The notes beneath the pieces were generated by a model, which saw only the letters and a list, made by a program, of their open reading frames with translations, was not told the DNA's origin and searched no databases. Position numbers and translations under genes: made by a program. A DNA stretch of 64,000 bases from positions 47,684,401 to 47,748,400 of the forward strand of contig CM120641.1 in NCBI GenBank assembly GCA_051362555.1, read 5' to 3'. The stretch comes from Lingula anatina. Lineage: Eukaryota > Animalia > Brachiopoda. Below, one piece after another: positions 24,601 to 37,909 of this stretch; within the stretch, counting starts at the first letter, position 1, and every line of letters starts with the position of its first letter.

Positions 24601-27600
24601 CCAATATCTGTACTCTACTTGGGATGTTGATTTCCTGAAGAATGAGAAAGGCTTTGATATGGTACTCGGTATTGCTGATTTCTGGGAGTCACGGTCCGTT
24701 GTTGGAAAGGGAGGAAAACTGGAAATACACAGTTGGTTGAAATTTTGATTTTGATATTTATTTCTACAAGAAAATGCTTATTCATGATCTCTTCTCATGC
24801 TTAGAACTTTGAGTTTTTTTAAACATTAAGTGTCATGAGAAATATTAATATATAAATTATTTTTACTGCACCCAAACTTGTGTATAAAGCTGAGACTTAC
24901 TTTTCTTTTCTTAGCAGAAAAGATGAAAATTGTTCTAGTTGTAAAATAGCTTTCGCAGACACAAACTCTGAGACAGTCAGTTATTGCATGTGGTCAGTGC
25001 TTGTCCTGTACACAGTCCCACATAGAGCAACAGGTGCTCCTTGCCATACCTGACCAATTAAAAATTTAGTCTAGTAATCTATATAAATGTTTGCTTGATT
25101 TTATACTGCATTGTCATGGATCACATGCTTCAGTGTGACTAGGAGCAGATTCAGAACAGAGTATTAAGAGATTCGTGGATTAAATATGGTGACCCACTAA
25201 AAACTTGCCGGGGATTACGCAACAAGCAGTCAAGTTGGTTGACCATATTTGATCCGTGGATCTGTAAGTTCTGAATGTGCACTATCTATGCCTCTGCCTG
25301 TGTTCTAGGTGTGGATGGCCCTGATGAATACCACTTCAATGTGAACAACTCGGTGTACACTAACTATGTAGCCAAGATCAGCCTATTACTGCCAGCCTAT
25401 GCTGGGAAACTGACCGGGGTTAAGGTGGACCCCAAATATCAGAAGATGGCAGAAAACATGTATATACCCTATGACAAGAAATTGGATTACCACCCGGAGT
25501 ATGATGGGTTTACATTGGGTGAGTATGATAGGTTTACATAGAGTATGATGGGTTTACATTGAGTGAGTATGATGGGTTTACATAGAGTATGATGGGTTTA
25601 CAATGGGTGAGTATGATAGGTTTACATTGGGTGAGTATAATGGGTTTACAATGGGTGAGTATGATAGGTTTACATTTGTTGAGTATAATGGGTTTACAAT
25701 GGGTATGATGGGTTTACAATAGGTATACATTGAGTGAATATAATAGGTTTACATTGCGTGAGTATTGCATTTCCTACAGAATATGTAAAGCTCACTAGCT
25801 GGTTTAATTTTAGTCAACAAAGCAGTCAGTTGAAATAGTAGAGTTATTAGGAATTGACTCCTAATTTGCTTTATTATTCTAAATCCAATGTTAAGAATCT
25901 GTGGCTGGCAGTCATTTATTTTGGAGAATATGTCTTAGATAAGAAATTGCAGATTTTTTCAGGATGTGACTGGGTTGTTATATACCAACTTTATCTTTTA
26001 AAACACTAAAAACAATTTTATTGGTTTTTGAATACAGGTACTCAAGTGAAGCAAGCAGATGTGATCTTGCTGGGTTATCCTCTGATGATGAACATGTCTA
26101 CAAGTACCAGGAGAAATGATTTGGCGTTTTATGAAAAGGTAAGGAAACATGGATTGTTATAGGAGATCATTGTATTAGATGTAGGCTATGTAGAGCATGT
26201 TCCATTTGTAGAATGTACTTATAATATAAATTATATTAATTATGCCAGAAAACTGAAATGTATTGTAATTGATACATTGTTATATGTTATTGATATTTGT
26301 TAAACATAAGATAAGGGTAAATTAAATGCCATGTATGAGAACTCTGGTCTGAGTTGGCTCAGGTCTTGTGGAGGTGGATAAAAAGAGTTGTGGAGGCTTC
26401 AGGTCATGCCTTTTTACCTGTCGCTGAACTCTCTTGAAGGGCGTAGTTACACTATGTGCTTATATATATGATGAGGTATATGATTTATATGTGCATTTAT
26501 CCATATCCACTTCATGTTTATTTCCTCCCTGTGTATTTCAGTTGACGGATATCAAAGGTCCCACAATGACCTGGGGGCAGTTTGCTATCAACTGGCTGGA
26601 ATTGAAAGCTGTTTCTAAGGCAAATAGATTCCTGAAGAAAAAGTTTGCGAATATAGTACAGCCATTCCAGGTAAGGGTTTTAATTAAAAACCAGTGCGCT
26701 GTATTTATTGCCTTTTTTGTTCTGACCAGTATTGGTGAATAAGATCATAGAAGTCTTGTTGGAAAAAAGCAATTGATGATTCGTCAACGTTCCAAAGTAC
26801 ATCAGACTTTACGAAAGGCGTCGGACCGTCGGACATGCCTGGCAAATTTCGTCTCGGTCCGATAAAAAATCCTGTATCGTCGGACCTTATGTCCGGCGAG
26901 TTTTCAAACTGACTGGGAATGTGTAAATATAAGGAATACGTTGTTGTTTCTTTTCTGAACGATATATTTTACTTCATTCGAAAAGAGAGACGGTGTGAAA
27001 ATCTCGGGGAGTTCCCAGCTAATTATACTTAATTTATGAACCTCAGTTTCACTCACAAATATTATTTTGTGACTGGCTGAGGTTGGGGAATTCCTGAATG
27101 ATGTAATGTACAGTCTCGTTTTCGTTTTCGTAATACCCTACACAACAAAATGGCCGCAACACATGTACTCGTGCTATTTGCGTTTTTACCGACTTGATCC
27201 TCTGTTTCTTCATTATTAGTCGTACACAGTACTCATGGATAAGCCTTTTGCTTAGAAAATGACGTTGTTGAACTTTAAACACTTCGTTGGTGTAAAGCGT
27301 GGCAAAAACGAAAACGAAGTGTGGAAGAGAAAAGGAAGTTTAATAAAATTGGAAAGAAGGTAGGCCCTGGCGGACTTGTGATCTGTAGGAGAGGAAAATA
27401 GTGTGTGCCGAGTGTCAGGAGTACTAAAGTTATCATTTTGATCAATAGCAACATAACTGTTACAGCTTTATTACGGGTTCTTAAATTATGGAACATATGT
27501 ACGTATTTGCATGTACCGTTCATCATGAGTTGGAGAAAGTGCACATGAACTTGAAAGCTCACAGTTTGAGTTTCTTTTTATAAAAAAAAAATAATAATAA

Positions 27601-28941
27601 AATGAAAAAGGACTTAGACCCGGACTGGACAGTCCCTGTCAAAGCTTCAATTGGATGAAAGAGACTGCCTTACTGTGCTGTTTCAAAATGCATATACTAT
27701 GTTATTGCCAAAAACAACGTGTGAAATGGTTATCTGATTAACAGACGTTTTTATGGACATACATTTGATATTACTAGCTACACATTCTTCATACTTGTAT
27801 TGTTTTTAGTCCTTGTGTCATTCCACAGCGTCTTTTTCATTCAATAAAAAACAACTTGTTATGCAAGTAATTTTTTGCCTATTTTTTTTTCTTTCTTATT
27901 TTACTTTTTTACAAATAAATATATATCAAAAAATAATATTTGATTTAATGTCAATGATTTAAAACGTTAGAAAATACACATGAAAACATGAATAATGGTT
28001 CATATTTCTATTATTTTTCTTCGGTCTGACAGATTTTGTTTCGGTCTGACAAATTTTCAAGCTTGTCAGACCGAATGTCTGACATATTTTTTGGCCTTTC
28101 GTAAAGTCTGAGTACATGGTATGTTTTTTGAAAAGTTCAGGGTACACTTTAAATGTTTGATATAATTGGTAGGAGATTTTGTTTATATTGTTCTTTTTCC
28201 ATAAAGATCTAACCACAAATTGATTAAAATTGAATTAAGCAAGTTCAGTAAGATATTTTTCATATAGTCACAGATAATGATAGACGATGAAAACACTTTT
28301 CTGAGAGCAAACATTTTATTTGCTGGTTATATACGCTTATTTATTTGAACTTTTAAAAAGATTAAATGAGACCCAAATAATGCTAATGATGATTATCATA
28401 ATAATATTATTTATTTAGAGCCTTAAAGCTTGATATGTAGAAAAAACTTTATGCTGTAAAACACCTATCAAAAAATCAAAATTTTAAGCTTGAAAGACTC
28501 TTTTGAGTCGAATTAAAAAGTTAGAATCATTAGCTTAAAAGATGCTTTTGACTGAAATTCATTCTTTTCTCATCTCTCCAGCTGTGGACAGAGAACAGTG
28601 ATGGTTCGGGTGCTGTAAACTTCATCACAGGAATGGGAGACATGCTACAGTGCGTACTGTTTGGATACGGGGGAGTCCGTCTCAAGGAAGATCGACTTGA
28701 CCTTGACCCTGTTCTTCCCCTGAACTCCAAAACTATGAACATCACTGGGATGGATTACCTGGGCGCTTCGCTGGACCTGACCATCAACGAGAAACAGATG
28801 GCAGTAACGCTAACCCACCAAGAAACTAACTCCCCTCCGCTGACTTTAAAAACATACGAAAAGCAGGTGTCGTATCCGTTAAAGCTGAACTCACCTGTGA
28901 AGATTTCCCCACAGAAGGTGGCAGTGGTAGCCACCAGTTAG
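18689..28941 (+). CDS. PGGHG: GH65 protein-glucosylgalactosylhydroxylysine glucosidase (PGGHG/ATHL1)-like with a long N-terminal membrane-anchored Gln-rich extension; join(18689..20856,21074..21288,21582..21792,22131..22312,22558..22781,24034..24217,24525..24731,25309..25518,26038..26138,26542..26670,28582..28941), 1396 aa
   Basis: Exons are GT-AG and phase-consistent. GH65/PGGHG motifs present are PTIGNGHVG, LYYILSSLP, GLSPG, DYEGHVFWDQETW, GAKYPWESAFTG, EIHINGDI, GPDEY, NNSVYTN, VKQADVILLGYP, GPTMTW and LWTENSDGSGAVNFITGMG. The acidic catalytic-motif residues are intact. Confidence 0.9.
19892..20590 (+). repeat. Coding minisatellite, 13 copies of a 54-bp unit (NQPGQQPNVQLQEGQQLV)
   Basis: Directly visible tandem AACCAACCAGGACAACAACCAAATGTGCAACTTCAAGAAGGACAACAGCTAGTG units. 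One copy is 3 bp shorter and the frame is preserved. Confidence 0.95.
23313..23510. mobile_element. MITE (CAGGCCCGTAGCCAG termini) with a poly-C tract, in PGGHG-like intron 5
   Basis: TIRs are CAGGCCCGTAGCCAG / CTGGCTACAAGCCTG, flanked by GATAT on both sides. A homologous copy lies at 37743..37909. Confidence 0.75.
25497..25766 (+). repeat. 20/24-bp minisatellite (GAGTATGATGGGTTTACATTGGGT) spanning the exon 8 splice donor of the PGGHG-like gene
   Basis: About 11 degenerate tandem copies. The first copy encodes EYDGFTL and contains the true donor G|GTGAGT at 25518/25519. Confidence 0.9.
26803..28110. mobile_element. 1.3-kb non-autonomous DNA transposon in PGGHG-like intron 10
   Basis: Perfect 17-bp TIRs CAGACTTTACGAAAGGC / GCCTTTCGTAAAGTCTG and 7-bp direct flanks AGTACAT on both sides. 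Subterminal TCGGAC/TCGGTCTGAC repeats are present, and there is no transposase ORF. Confidence 0.85.
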
Positions 28942-30686
28942 CCTGCTTGCCATCTCCACACCTGAAGAAAAAATGCTCATTGGTGCCTGGTCCTGCTTCG
29001 ACAATAGTGGGATAATTGTTGCCTTAATTTAGAACATCTTTTACTTGGACAAATTTACCTTAAGTGACTTCAGTAAAGTTTCAACTGTCTTTATTGGATA
29101 TAGTAAATTTTTATAAAATTTGTTTTTAAGAATATGTTACAGTAGCAAGACAATACTGTTAAATAAGTCTTTAATGATTGTATAATGGGTGAGGTCTCCT
29201 AGATACTTATTAAGTAAGTGATGTTATTTCTGTTAAAGGTATATATAATAGGGGATATCTTTATGGATGAGTAAAGAAATGGGTGGATTCAGTCAAGTAA
29301 TATTCTAGTTAATGTGGGTTAGTATATCCAAGAAACAACCTTAGTTTTAGTGATTTATTTAAACAGCTGTTAATTTGATCTCAAATACACTTTTACATGT
29401 TATGTGCATCTCTTGATTAAGGTGTTGATTAAGCATTTAATGCTTGAAATATTTCCATATACCAGAAAGAAACCTTTTGCGATTAAAATGTTTTTGTAAA
29501 ATTATTTATATAAAATTTAGTAATTTCACAGTTTGCAAACAGTCTTCACTCAGTTGTACTTATTTGTTGCCCTACTTTTTCTTGACAGAAATTTCACTTT
29601 GAAATGTTTGTTTTAGAGATTTAGTGTAGATACCAACCATTATTGCTATAAAGTGCTGGTTGTGGTTATTTTGATTCAGTATTCAATTGATTAATTGTAA
29701 AATCCTATATTTAGGTATGTTATTGAATTAAGGAATATGAGCAGAATTACATCTTTATTTATTATTTTAATTATTTTTTTCAAATATTTTATGCAGCGGT
29801 CAGGCTTTTAACATTGATGTTTGTATGTACAATTGACTGCAAAGTCTCTGAACACTTCCTGCCAGAGTTCAGTGATGACTGCAGTGATGACTATAGCTAC
29901 CATGATTTATGTGATATTTAAATGATGTTGGACATGAAGATGTGATTTTTAACAATGACTAAGATGAATAAAAGCATCTATTTATTTAAAAACCCATTCT
30001 GCAACTTTTATGGGATATATTTGAGTTTTTGGGCAGCACCATGTTTCAAAGAAGAACGGAAAATTACATTAATTTGAAAGTTTTTGGGATAAACACTACT
30101 TTGCAACAGCAATTGCTAACAATAGCAGAGTATCCGATTGTGTTAGAGAAGCAAGGTGTTGTGCACTGGAGGAGCGCAGTGTGCTGGCTCGCCGCAATGT
30201 TTACCTGCGAGTTTGTACAAGCCTGCGTTGTCAGCTGATCTGTGAAACACCTTCAATCTGTTCAAAAAACCTATTTGTTTTCACCTTTTCCATTATATGA
30301 TTAACTCTCGCCTGATCTTATCTCGGAATCATGTGATGCTAATGGACGAGGCAGCGCCGGGCTAATGAAGCGATAGGACACCCTACGGCATATGTCGGCT
30401 CATAAACTCAATTGTTTTATTTCGTTTTTCTGTTCAAGAAGATCTTTTTTATTTTATGTCTTCACTCTGGAGGCGTTTTGTCGTTATTTCGCACTGATAC
30501 GTTCCTTACCCGCAAACTTCTGTGTCATTAACTGTTTGTTCGTGATTCAAGGGACATGCATAAAATGTTAATCTGCATCCATTTTTATTTTTAAAAAATA
30601 GGACTCTGTTCCTAGCCTACACTAAAGTTTTATAAAGTGAAATCTTGTAGATCTTGGTTGCTTGCCAGAAGAGAAGAGTTCTGAAA

Positions 30687-30732
30687 GAGAGAGAGAGAGA
30701 GAGAGGGGGGGAGTGAGAGAGAGAGAGAGAGT
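30687..30732. repeat. (GA)n microsatellite, interrupted
   Basis: Direct inspection. Confidence 0.85.
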
Positions 30733-32235
30733 CCACATTTCTATCCGTAGAACCGATATTGAAATGATGCAGCGGTCTAAACCTGTGTCCAGCAGTGTTG
30801 CTAATATTTGGTAACGAGGCCTCCACTTAGGAATAGACCTAGTTAAGTTTACATGTGCACGCTCGAGTATGGATCGCGACAGAACTAATTTTCACAGTGA
30901 TTTTAGTATGTTCTTTCTATCAGGGTTTATCTGCTTTTACCCTCGTATAACGTTTTACAACGTTTATAACTTACGTGAATATTGTTTTCCCCTTCAATTT
31001 TGTCTCTATGGGTTTTAAATCGTATTTATAGTTTTCTGAAGAAATGAAAAATATGCTCGTTTTACACAGTTCAACTTGAGGTGCACTAATAATTGAACAC
31101 GTGTTGATATAAGAATGTGAGCCCCATTGGAATCCAACTGACCGGAATCTCGGGAAATGTCACGAGAGGACAGACAAATATTGGCACATAGGTCAATTAG
31201 TGACAGCATTCTGCACTCGAAGTGCAAATTTTGTCAAAGATCATATTGATAAAGGTGACAGTAAATTTGCCCTGTCAATAGACAGACATTTGACAATAAT
31301 TGTTCTTATTTTGCCCCAAGAGGTGCGCTTTTACAGGGAAAGTTGTACGGGGAAGGTTGGGCATCTCAGCTGTATTTGCAGTCTCTCTAGAGTAGAATAA
31401 CTGTTAAATAATCATTTATTTTGTACCATAGTATTGGTATAGAGGAAATAAAAGTCAATTTCCAAGGCAAGTCTAAGTTTACGTCTTCGCAGTGTCGCTT
31501 AGTTCCTCGTGAGTTTAGTTTGTCAGCCAAATGCACCTTTTTCACTTAAAAGAGTTTTTTTAATTATAATTTTTCAACACATATATTCCTCCTTCTATAA
31601 GCCATCTATTCGATGCTGTCTAACATCCAAACAACTGAGGCCAAAAGTCAATCTCTTTGAACGACCTTTAAACGTGCAATAGAAATCGCAGTAGAGTACA
31701 CCGAATCAAAACACAAATTTAACCAGAAAAAAGATATCCTAAATGAAATATTTTCCGCCACTGAACTTCAATAATCTCGAATTAGTAATGAGTAATTTTC
31801 ATAAAGCGGACTGTGAATCATTTGCTCGTGTATAGAAAGGCAGTGACAATATTAATATTGTAACTTCACACTGTGTAGGCTGTACATGCTCGCGGTATTT
31901 CAACATGTTTTCATACAACCACATGCAAAAAGACTGTCTATTATTGTAACGCAATATTGTATAAAACCAGAGAAATTATTTCATCTCTAATAAGATTACT
32001 GTGCGTATTGACTGATTATTGCCCATCGAACGCACATATTTGTTCAGTTATTCGCGTGGAGGTGAGGCTTTTAAAAAGCTAGAGCATTGGACTTGAAAAA
32101 ATTTACAAATTTCAAATTTAAATTTGCCAATGTTTTCCCTCTTTCTAAATTTGTTCGGTAAGCCGGACTTGGTGGTGAGGAAAGTTCACAAACAGAATAA
32201 GCAGAATGATGCATCCTATATTCCTCCCCCCCCCG

Positions 32236-32277
32236 TCTCTCTTTCTCTCTCTCTCTCTTTCTCTCACACACACACAC

Positions 32278-32311
<34 letters not shown>
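32236..32311. repeat. (CT)n/(CA)n compound microsatellite
   Basis: Direct inspection. Confidence 0.85.
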
Positions 32312-32314
<3 letters not shown>

Positions 32315-34789
32315 AGACATAAACACACTTGATAGTTGATATAAAACCTGATCACTGGGCACACCTGGCACCGTGACGAGATAACAGACACCTCTGGTGA
32401 TTTCTTGGAAAATTGAAGGAAGGTGTGATATTGCTTCAAAGTGCGCGAGGAACATTGTGAATTGATTAGAATTATTTCAGACGACTAATGGGAAATGAAA
32501 CGAAATTATGTTCTCTGGTTCTTGTTGTTCTCCGATTCATTTCTTTGACTTAATTTTGATTTCCCATAAAAAAAAAGATATTATCATATTCAGTCAATAG
32601 CGCGTCGACTAAATCAGCGATGATATAACCAAGGCAAATTAAATTTTTTTTTCATCATTATGTAGACGCTTCTTGAACTTCCTGAAAACCACGTGAGAGA
32701 GAGAGAGAGAGCAGTATTATCTCTCATTTTCGCTTTGTGTTATTTGTAAATTGAATACTTGTCATTTAGCAGTGACAGTTTGTAAGAAGCAGAGAGCAGG
32801 ATATGACAGGTAAGTTTCCGGGAAAAAATACCAGTATGGACATTTTGTACATAAAAGAGCAGCACTTTTTTTAAGGTGGTTAGAAGACAGGCACGAAATA
32901 CGGATAGGGGTTTAATTGTTAGCGCTCGTTAAGCGATTAAAGCGACAATTCATGACTTTGCAGAATGAAAACGTTACAAAATAAATTAATATTCGGATAA
33001 AAGTACTGAGGCTATCAACCACTTTTCCTTGTACTTCAAAACTACCTGTTTATCAGCAAACGATTTACATCAATACGCATTAAGATGATTATGCCTTACT
33101 TGACTCAAGACTACCAAACGACTTCATAGCTAGTCATTTTATTTTCAAAAAAAAAAAAAAAAAAAAAAAAAAGCTAATAACTGCTATGTAAAACATTATG
33201 CTAAAACTGAGAATGTTTACTACAATTTAACTTCGATGACAATGTCTTTAACTTCAAATGTTTTGGCATAAAAATGAACATAATTCATATCAAGGCATCG
33301 TAGAAAAGATTAACAGCGTCTCCAATTTAACACATTGAAGAGGTCTTGGCCGCGTCTGAAGGAGTTTAGAGTGAGCAGTAAATCTCTGCATTGGATAATA
33401 AGATCAAGGCTCGGTAACAATTGCCTTTACTTTGCAATAATTTGTAAATTGTTTAGAAAACACTCCCGCCGACGTGTAGCCAACGCGTCCCATTGGAAGT
33501 CATCAACACCTTCCTATAATATATATTTTAATGAGCAGCTTGATGGAGTGTCTCTACGACCGGTGAGCTTGTTTAGCGCAAGAGAGACCGTTCACGCTTT
33601 TCAGGCTGATTGCCTCGTTACAAAATACATCTGAAAAGAACCATTTTTCACAGCTTGGCGTATCCCGGCTAGTTATTCTTCTTCACCCGCCCCTTGACTC
33701 AAATGTTTTTGTAGCAGGAAAGCGATCCAAGGGCTCTACCTCGTGTAGAATGACCGAGTTCACAATGGCCGCCAGACAGCGCGGAGACGTCTCCCCATGA
33801 GCCACATCACCGCGACAATGCCATTTGTCCCTATCCCTTTCACTGTGTGAAACCAACACAACCGCGCTGAATACGCTAAATGGTATTTAGAGGCAAAGTG
33901 GACGGGATTAGTGGATTTTACAGGTAGTGAAGTGCTGATTATCCCAACAGGACGACAAAAGTGAGGCGTAGGATCACCCCCAGATAATCTGTACGTGTCA
34001 GAGCTATCATAGTCGTAGGCACAGCCAGAGCCCCATAATACATTCAGCAATTACTCCGTGTGTATTGTGCCCGTGCTCTGGGCCACGAAAAAAATTGTCA
34101 ATCTGTTGATGGTGTTTGAATAGGTAACCATCCAGTCCATACCCCGGCAATGGGGATCTAATTTCCACACTGTAAGCGACTGAATCGGTCAATAGCAGTT
34201 GATAGGACAGTGACAGGTCCCCCACATGCGAGCTACCTTCCCATACTAAAGCGCCATGATAACAATAGCCGTAGATTAGCTCAACTTAGAATACCACATC
34301 TAATCGTGTTCTGTAAGACGAACCTATTGTCACCCATTGTCGGTGTTCATCAGCAGGCCCCATCTCCCCTCCTCTTAATTGAAAATACATTATCAGGCGT
34401 TTTTCAGTCTTATCACCGGATTTGCGGCCGGTGAAACCCATCCCTTGGGCCAACACGTCTTTTTACCACGCACCTGTTACAGCCCCTACCGCTGATATGT
34501 CCAGATTTCACGGGGAGCCAAATCGAATTCTGCTTTCTTTCTATTTTTTGTTTGTCGAAAGCCACTCGCAGGGATCACCAATCCGTTTGTTTTAATGAGT
34601 GCTTGGCGTTTTTTCTTATTAATTTGATATTATCATTTAATAAACTTACCACAGGTCTAAATTTAAAAAAATGCACCAACTTTTTAATCTGCGATATGTA
34701 TGAAATTTAAATCCAAATAGATTAATTAATAACCGGCTTTACTTACAGCTTGAATACATCAAACAATCTTATGGCATCTAACCACCTGC

Positions 34790-34791
34790 AT

Positions 34792-34838
<47 letters not shown>

Positions 34839-34841
34839 TTT
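34790..34841. repeat. (ATTT)n microsatellite
   Basis: Direct inspection. Confidence 0.9.
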
Positions 34842-37023
34842 GCTCATCTTTGTTTACTTGATTTTTTTCTATTTATTCACTTGTTTATACATTACTTATT
34901 CATATACTTATTTATCAGATCATTTGTTGAGCGTGTTGTTTGATTTCACTCGTAGTGTATAAGTTAATTGTGTAGTACCTGTGTATGTTTCTCACAGAAA
35001 TTCTAATCAAAATTAGTGTAATTAACTCTCGACTAATGAGGTTCGCTTGAACGCCACCAAAAGAACAACAACAAGCCCAGATTGAAAACAAAACGAATAG
35101 ATGGAAATTGACTATCAGGCTATTATCGCATTTCATTAAGTACCTGCAGTCCACGGCATCCAGCCCATGGGGTGTTGGTTTATATGCGAATATTCGGTGG
35201 TTTTTCACGCCGTCACGGGGAGGCGTTGTTTGAAGGTAACATTTCTCACAGGGCTTACATCTACCTACGTAACTCGATAGCGTGACGGTGAAGACGCCAA
35301 GTGGGTTACCGTGTTTACCCGTGCTTTTGAAAGACCGACACTTTAGCTAATTGCTAGTTTATTTGTTTTACACAACGTAATGCAAGGAACCAAATAGTTT
35401 AATGTGAAATACAATCTCATTACAATTGTCTGAGGTGCAAACTTGTTTTTAAAACGCTTGACTCGTGATCCAAATGAACTTGTTAAATATACGCCTTTTC
35501 CGATTGGATTTTTCAGTTATCAAACGTTTCTATCTCTTAGTTATATTTATACTATCAAATATAAAATACAAAAAAATCCAATCTTTTGTAAATCAATCCC
35601 ATCATAATTAGCACGTTTGTGGGCTATATGACCAAGTTCATCCGAGGATATGAAATGATTTATCTAGTCTCGTTGATGAATTCAAACTGTCACCTCACCA
35701 TAACATACACAACTATGCAACTAAACTGATTAACAAAGTAATTACCTAAAAGGTAGTACACAGATCATCATGAAAAGTGCTATATTTGGTTAATTATTTT
35801 CGCCTTTTCGTGTAACTGTAGAATAGAGGAGACTGTCGTGTCATTGTCAGAGGCGAAGAATGATAATTATGAACATTTTGTACGAGGATCATCAAGAACC
35901 GAGACAACATTAATGAACATTCTATTCATACCATATCAACGCAGCGTTTGTCCACCAAATTATGATGATCCCCCTACGTAAGTGCTCTTAAGGGCCTTAT
36001 CCAGTTTTTACTTATCTGCTTTGGACCAGATTCTCGTTGACTTATAATTAAAAAATAACAATGTATTTGTCTCTCATATAATAACTGCTGTCACCACATC
36101 ATTATTGCTAGTAAACTGAACAGTATTATCAACCGCTTCTTTTAAATAAATGTAGTAAATATCTAAACTTTTATGTAAAATAAAGTGCCTGTATATGTAA
36201 TTGAAACATACATTTGATGCTCAATAAATCTGATGCAACGATTATTATGGTGGCTTTTTATCTGTTTATGGTTTTAAAGATTTATTGAACTTCGTGTGGA
36301 TTTTCATCATTCTCAGGTTGGCAGCCAGAGGTCACCAGACTCCTGGGTAAACTCAGTACGGTGGCACAGTGTAACCCCCCTCTCCCCCCCCCCCCCCTTT
36401 ACTGTACCCCCCTATATGTAATCAATATAAATACGATAACTGGATATGGACGTAAAATATAATTGCTGATGTGAGGCGTTATTAATAATGATAATTTATT
36501 GAGCAATAATTGTATTTTTTTCACGCTCTTGAGTACAATAGTGCGGTTTAGTTATTTACCAATCGTAGTACAAATGTTTTTTTTTTTTTTTTTTTTTTTG
36601 TTTATCACTCCAAGTTTATTATCAATTTCACCATGTCATGACTATTTGGTTAGTTTTTTTGTCAGTGTTTTTTTTTTTTTTTTTTTTTTCTAATTTAATG
36701 GGTTCTGCGTTTTGACATATCTAAATGTAAATACTTTAGTTTTCATAAGAATTTTTGCCTTTTGTCTTTAAGAATGCAAGGCCAGTGTTTATTGGCATGA
36801 ATATTGTTCAGTTTTTTATTTTTCCTTTAAATAGATCAAATGACGACATTCGGTAGGTCTAAATGTCCTGAAATAAAGATAACAATAAACACAAAAGTAA
36901 ACAATGGGGAAACGGAGTTATTTACTGAACAACAATAAAATAACACATTTTTATTATTTTATGATGTTGTCCCTGACAGAACAATGTCCCCTCTTTCCCT
37001 TTTTCTTCTCCCCCCCCCTCTTG

Positions 37024-37034
37024 GTGTGTGTGTG

Positions 37035-37065
<31 letters not shown>
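37024..37065. repeat. (GT)n(GCGT)n microsatellite
   Basis: Direct inspection. Confidence 0.85.
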
Positions 37066-37742
37066 TAGGTCCCGTCTATTACTCTCTTCCACCTTTTTTC
37101 TCCAACGCGAGAAATGTGCTATGAATTAACCAGATACATACCTCAGAATATCTAGTGAACAATCAATCTGTGCCACTGGTAGAGGGTACAAGTTTGGTGG
37201 GGCCAAGTTTCATGCCATATTATATGAATTCCTTACTGTAAATAAATTATTAATCCAATTTTTCTTCATACATTCACATCTTAGAATTACTGTTATTAAA
37301 AACAATATGCATAATACAAAGGGTGAAAATAATTTTTTCAGCTTCTAGAACCATTGCTAAATACAGACATTTGTACAAAAAATAAGACAATTATTATTCA
37401 GAAAACAACTGATTAATGTATATATGTCAATCAGATAAAAGAAGTCATGAATGTCAAACCACATAAATACAAGAATTGTATAATTTTTGTTTCCATGTAA
37501 CGAGATAGTTTCCTTTATGAGATTCGTGATGTTCAAACCAAGCATTGGAATATATTTTCTAAATATTTTGTCACGTTTTCAAAGTGTACATACCTTATCA
37601 TATTAGATAAATATTTTCTTGTAACCAAAAATAGTGTGTCTGATCAGTTAACATGTAGGTAGATGATTTTAGAGTAGGTAGTTGAAATACCATCCTATAG
37701 AAATGCAAGTCATATTAGAAAGACAATGGAGGCCTTTATACA

Positions 37743-37909
37743 CAGGGCTGTAGCTAGCAATTTCAAAAGGGGGTTTCTTTTTCTGAAAAAGTGGACCTTT
37801 TCCCATGCAAACCTAGTGTACCTAGATCAAATTATACCCAGAGTGAACCTTTTCTCAGCAATAGGGGCGATTCTTTCGAACCCCCTGAACCCCCCTGGCT
37901 ACGGGCCTG
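37743..37909. mobile_element. MITE, second copy of the 23313..23510 family
   Basis: CAGGGCTGTAGCTAGCAATTTCAAAAGGGGG...CTGAAAAAGTGGA...CCCCCTGGCTACGGGCCTG is colinear with the copy at 23313. Confidence 0.75.

Noticed and set aside
25497-25766. 20-24-bp repeat array as a possible CRISPR
   Set aside because: Units are directly adjacent without spacers and derive from the exon end.
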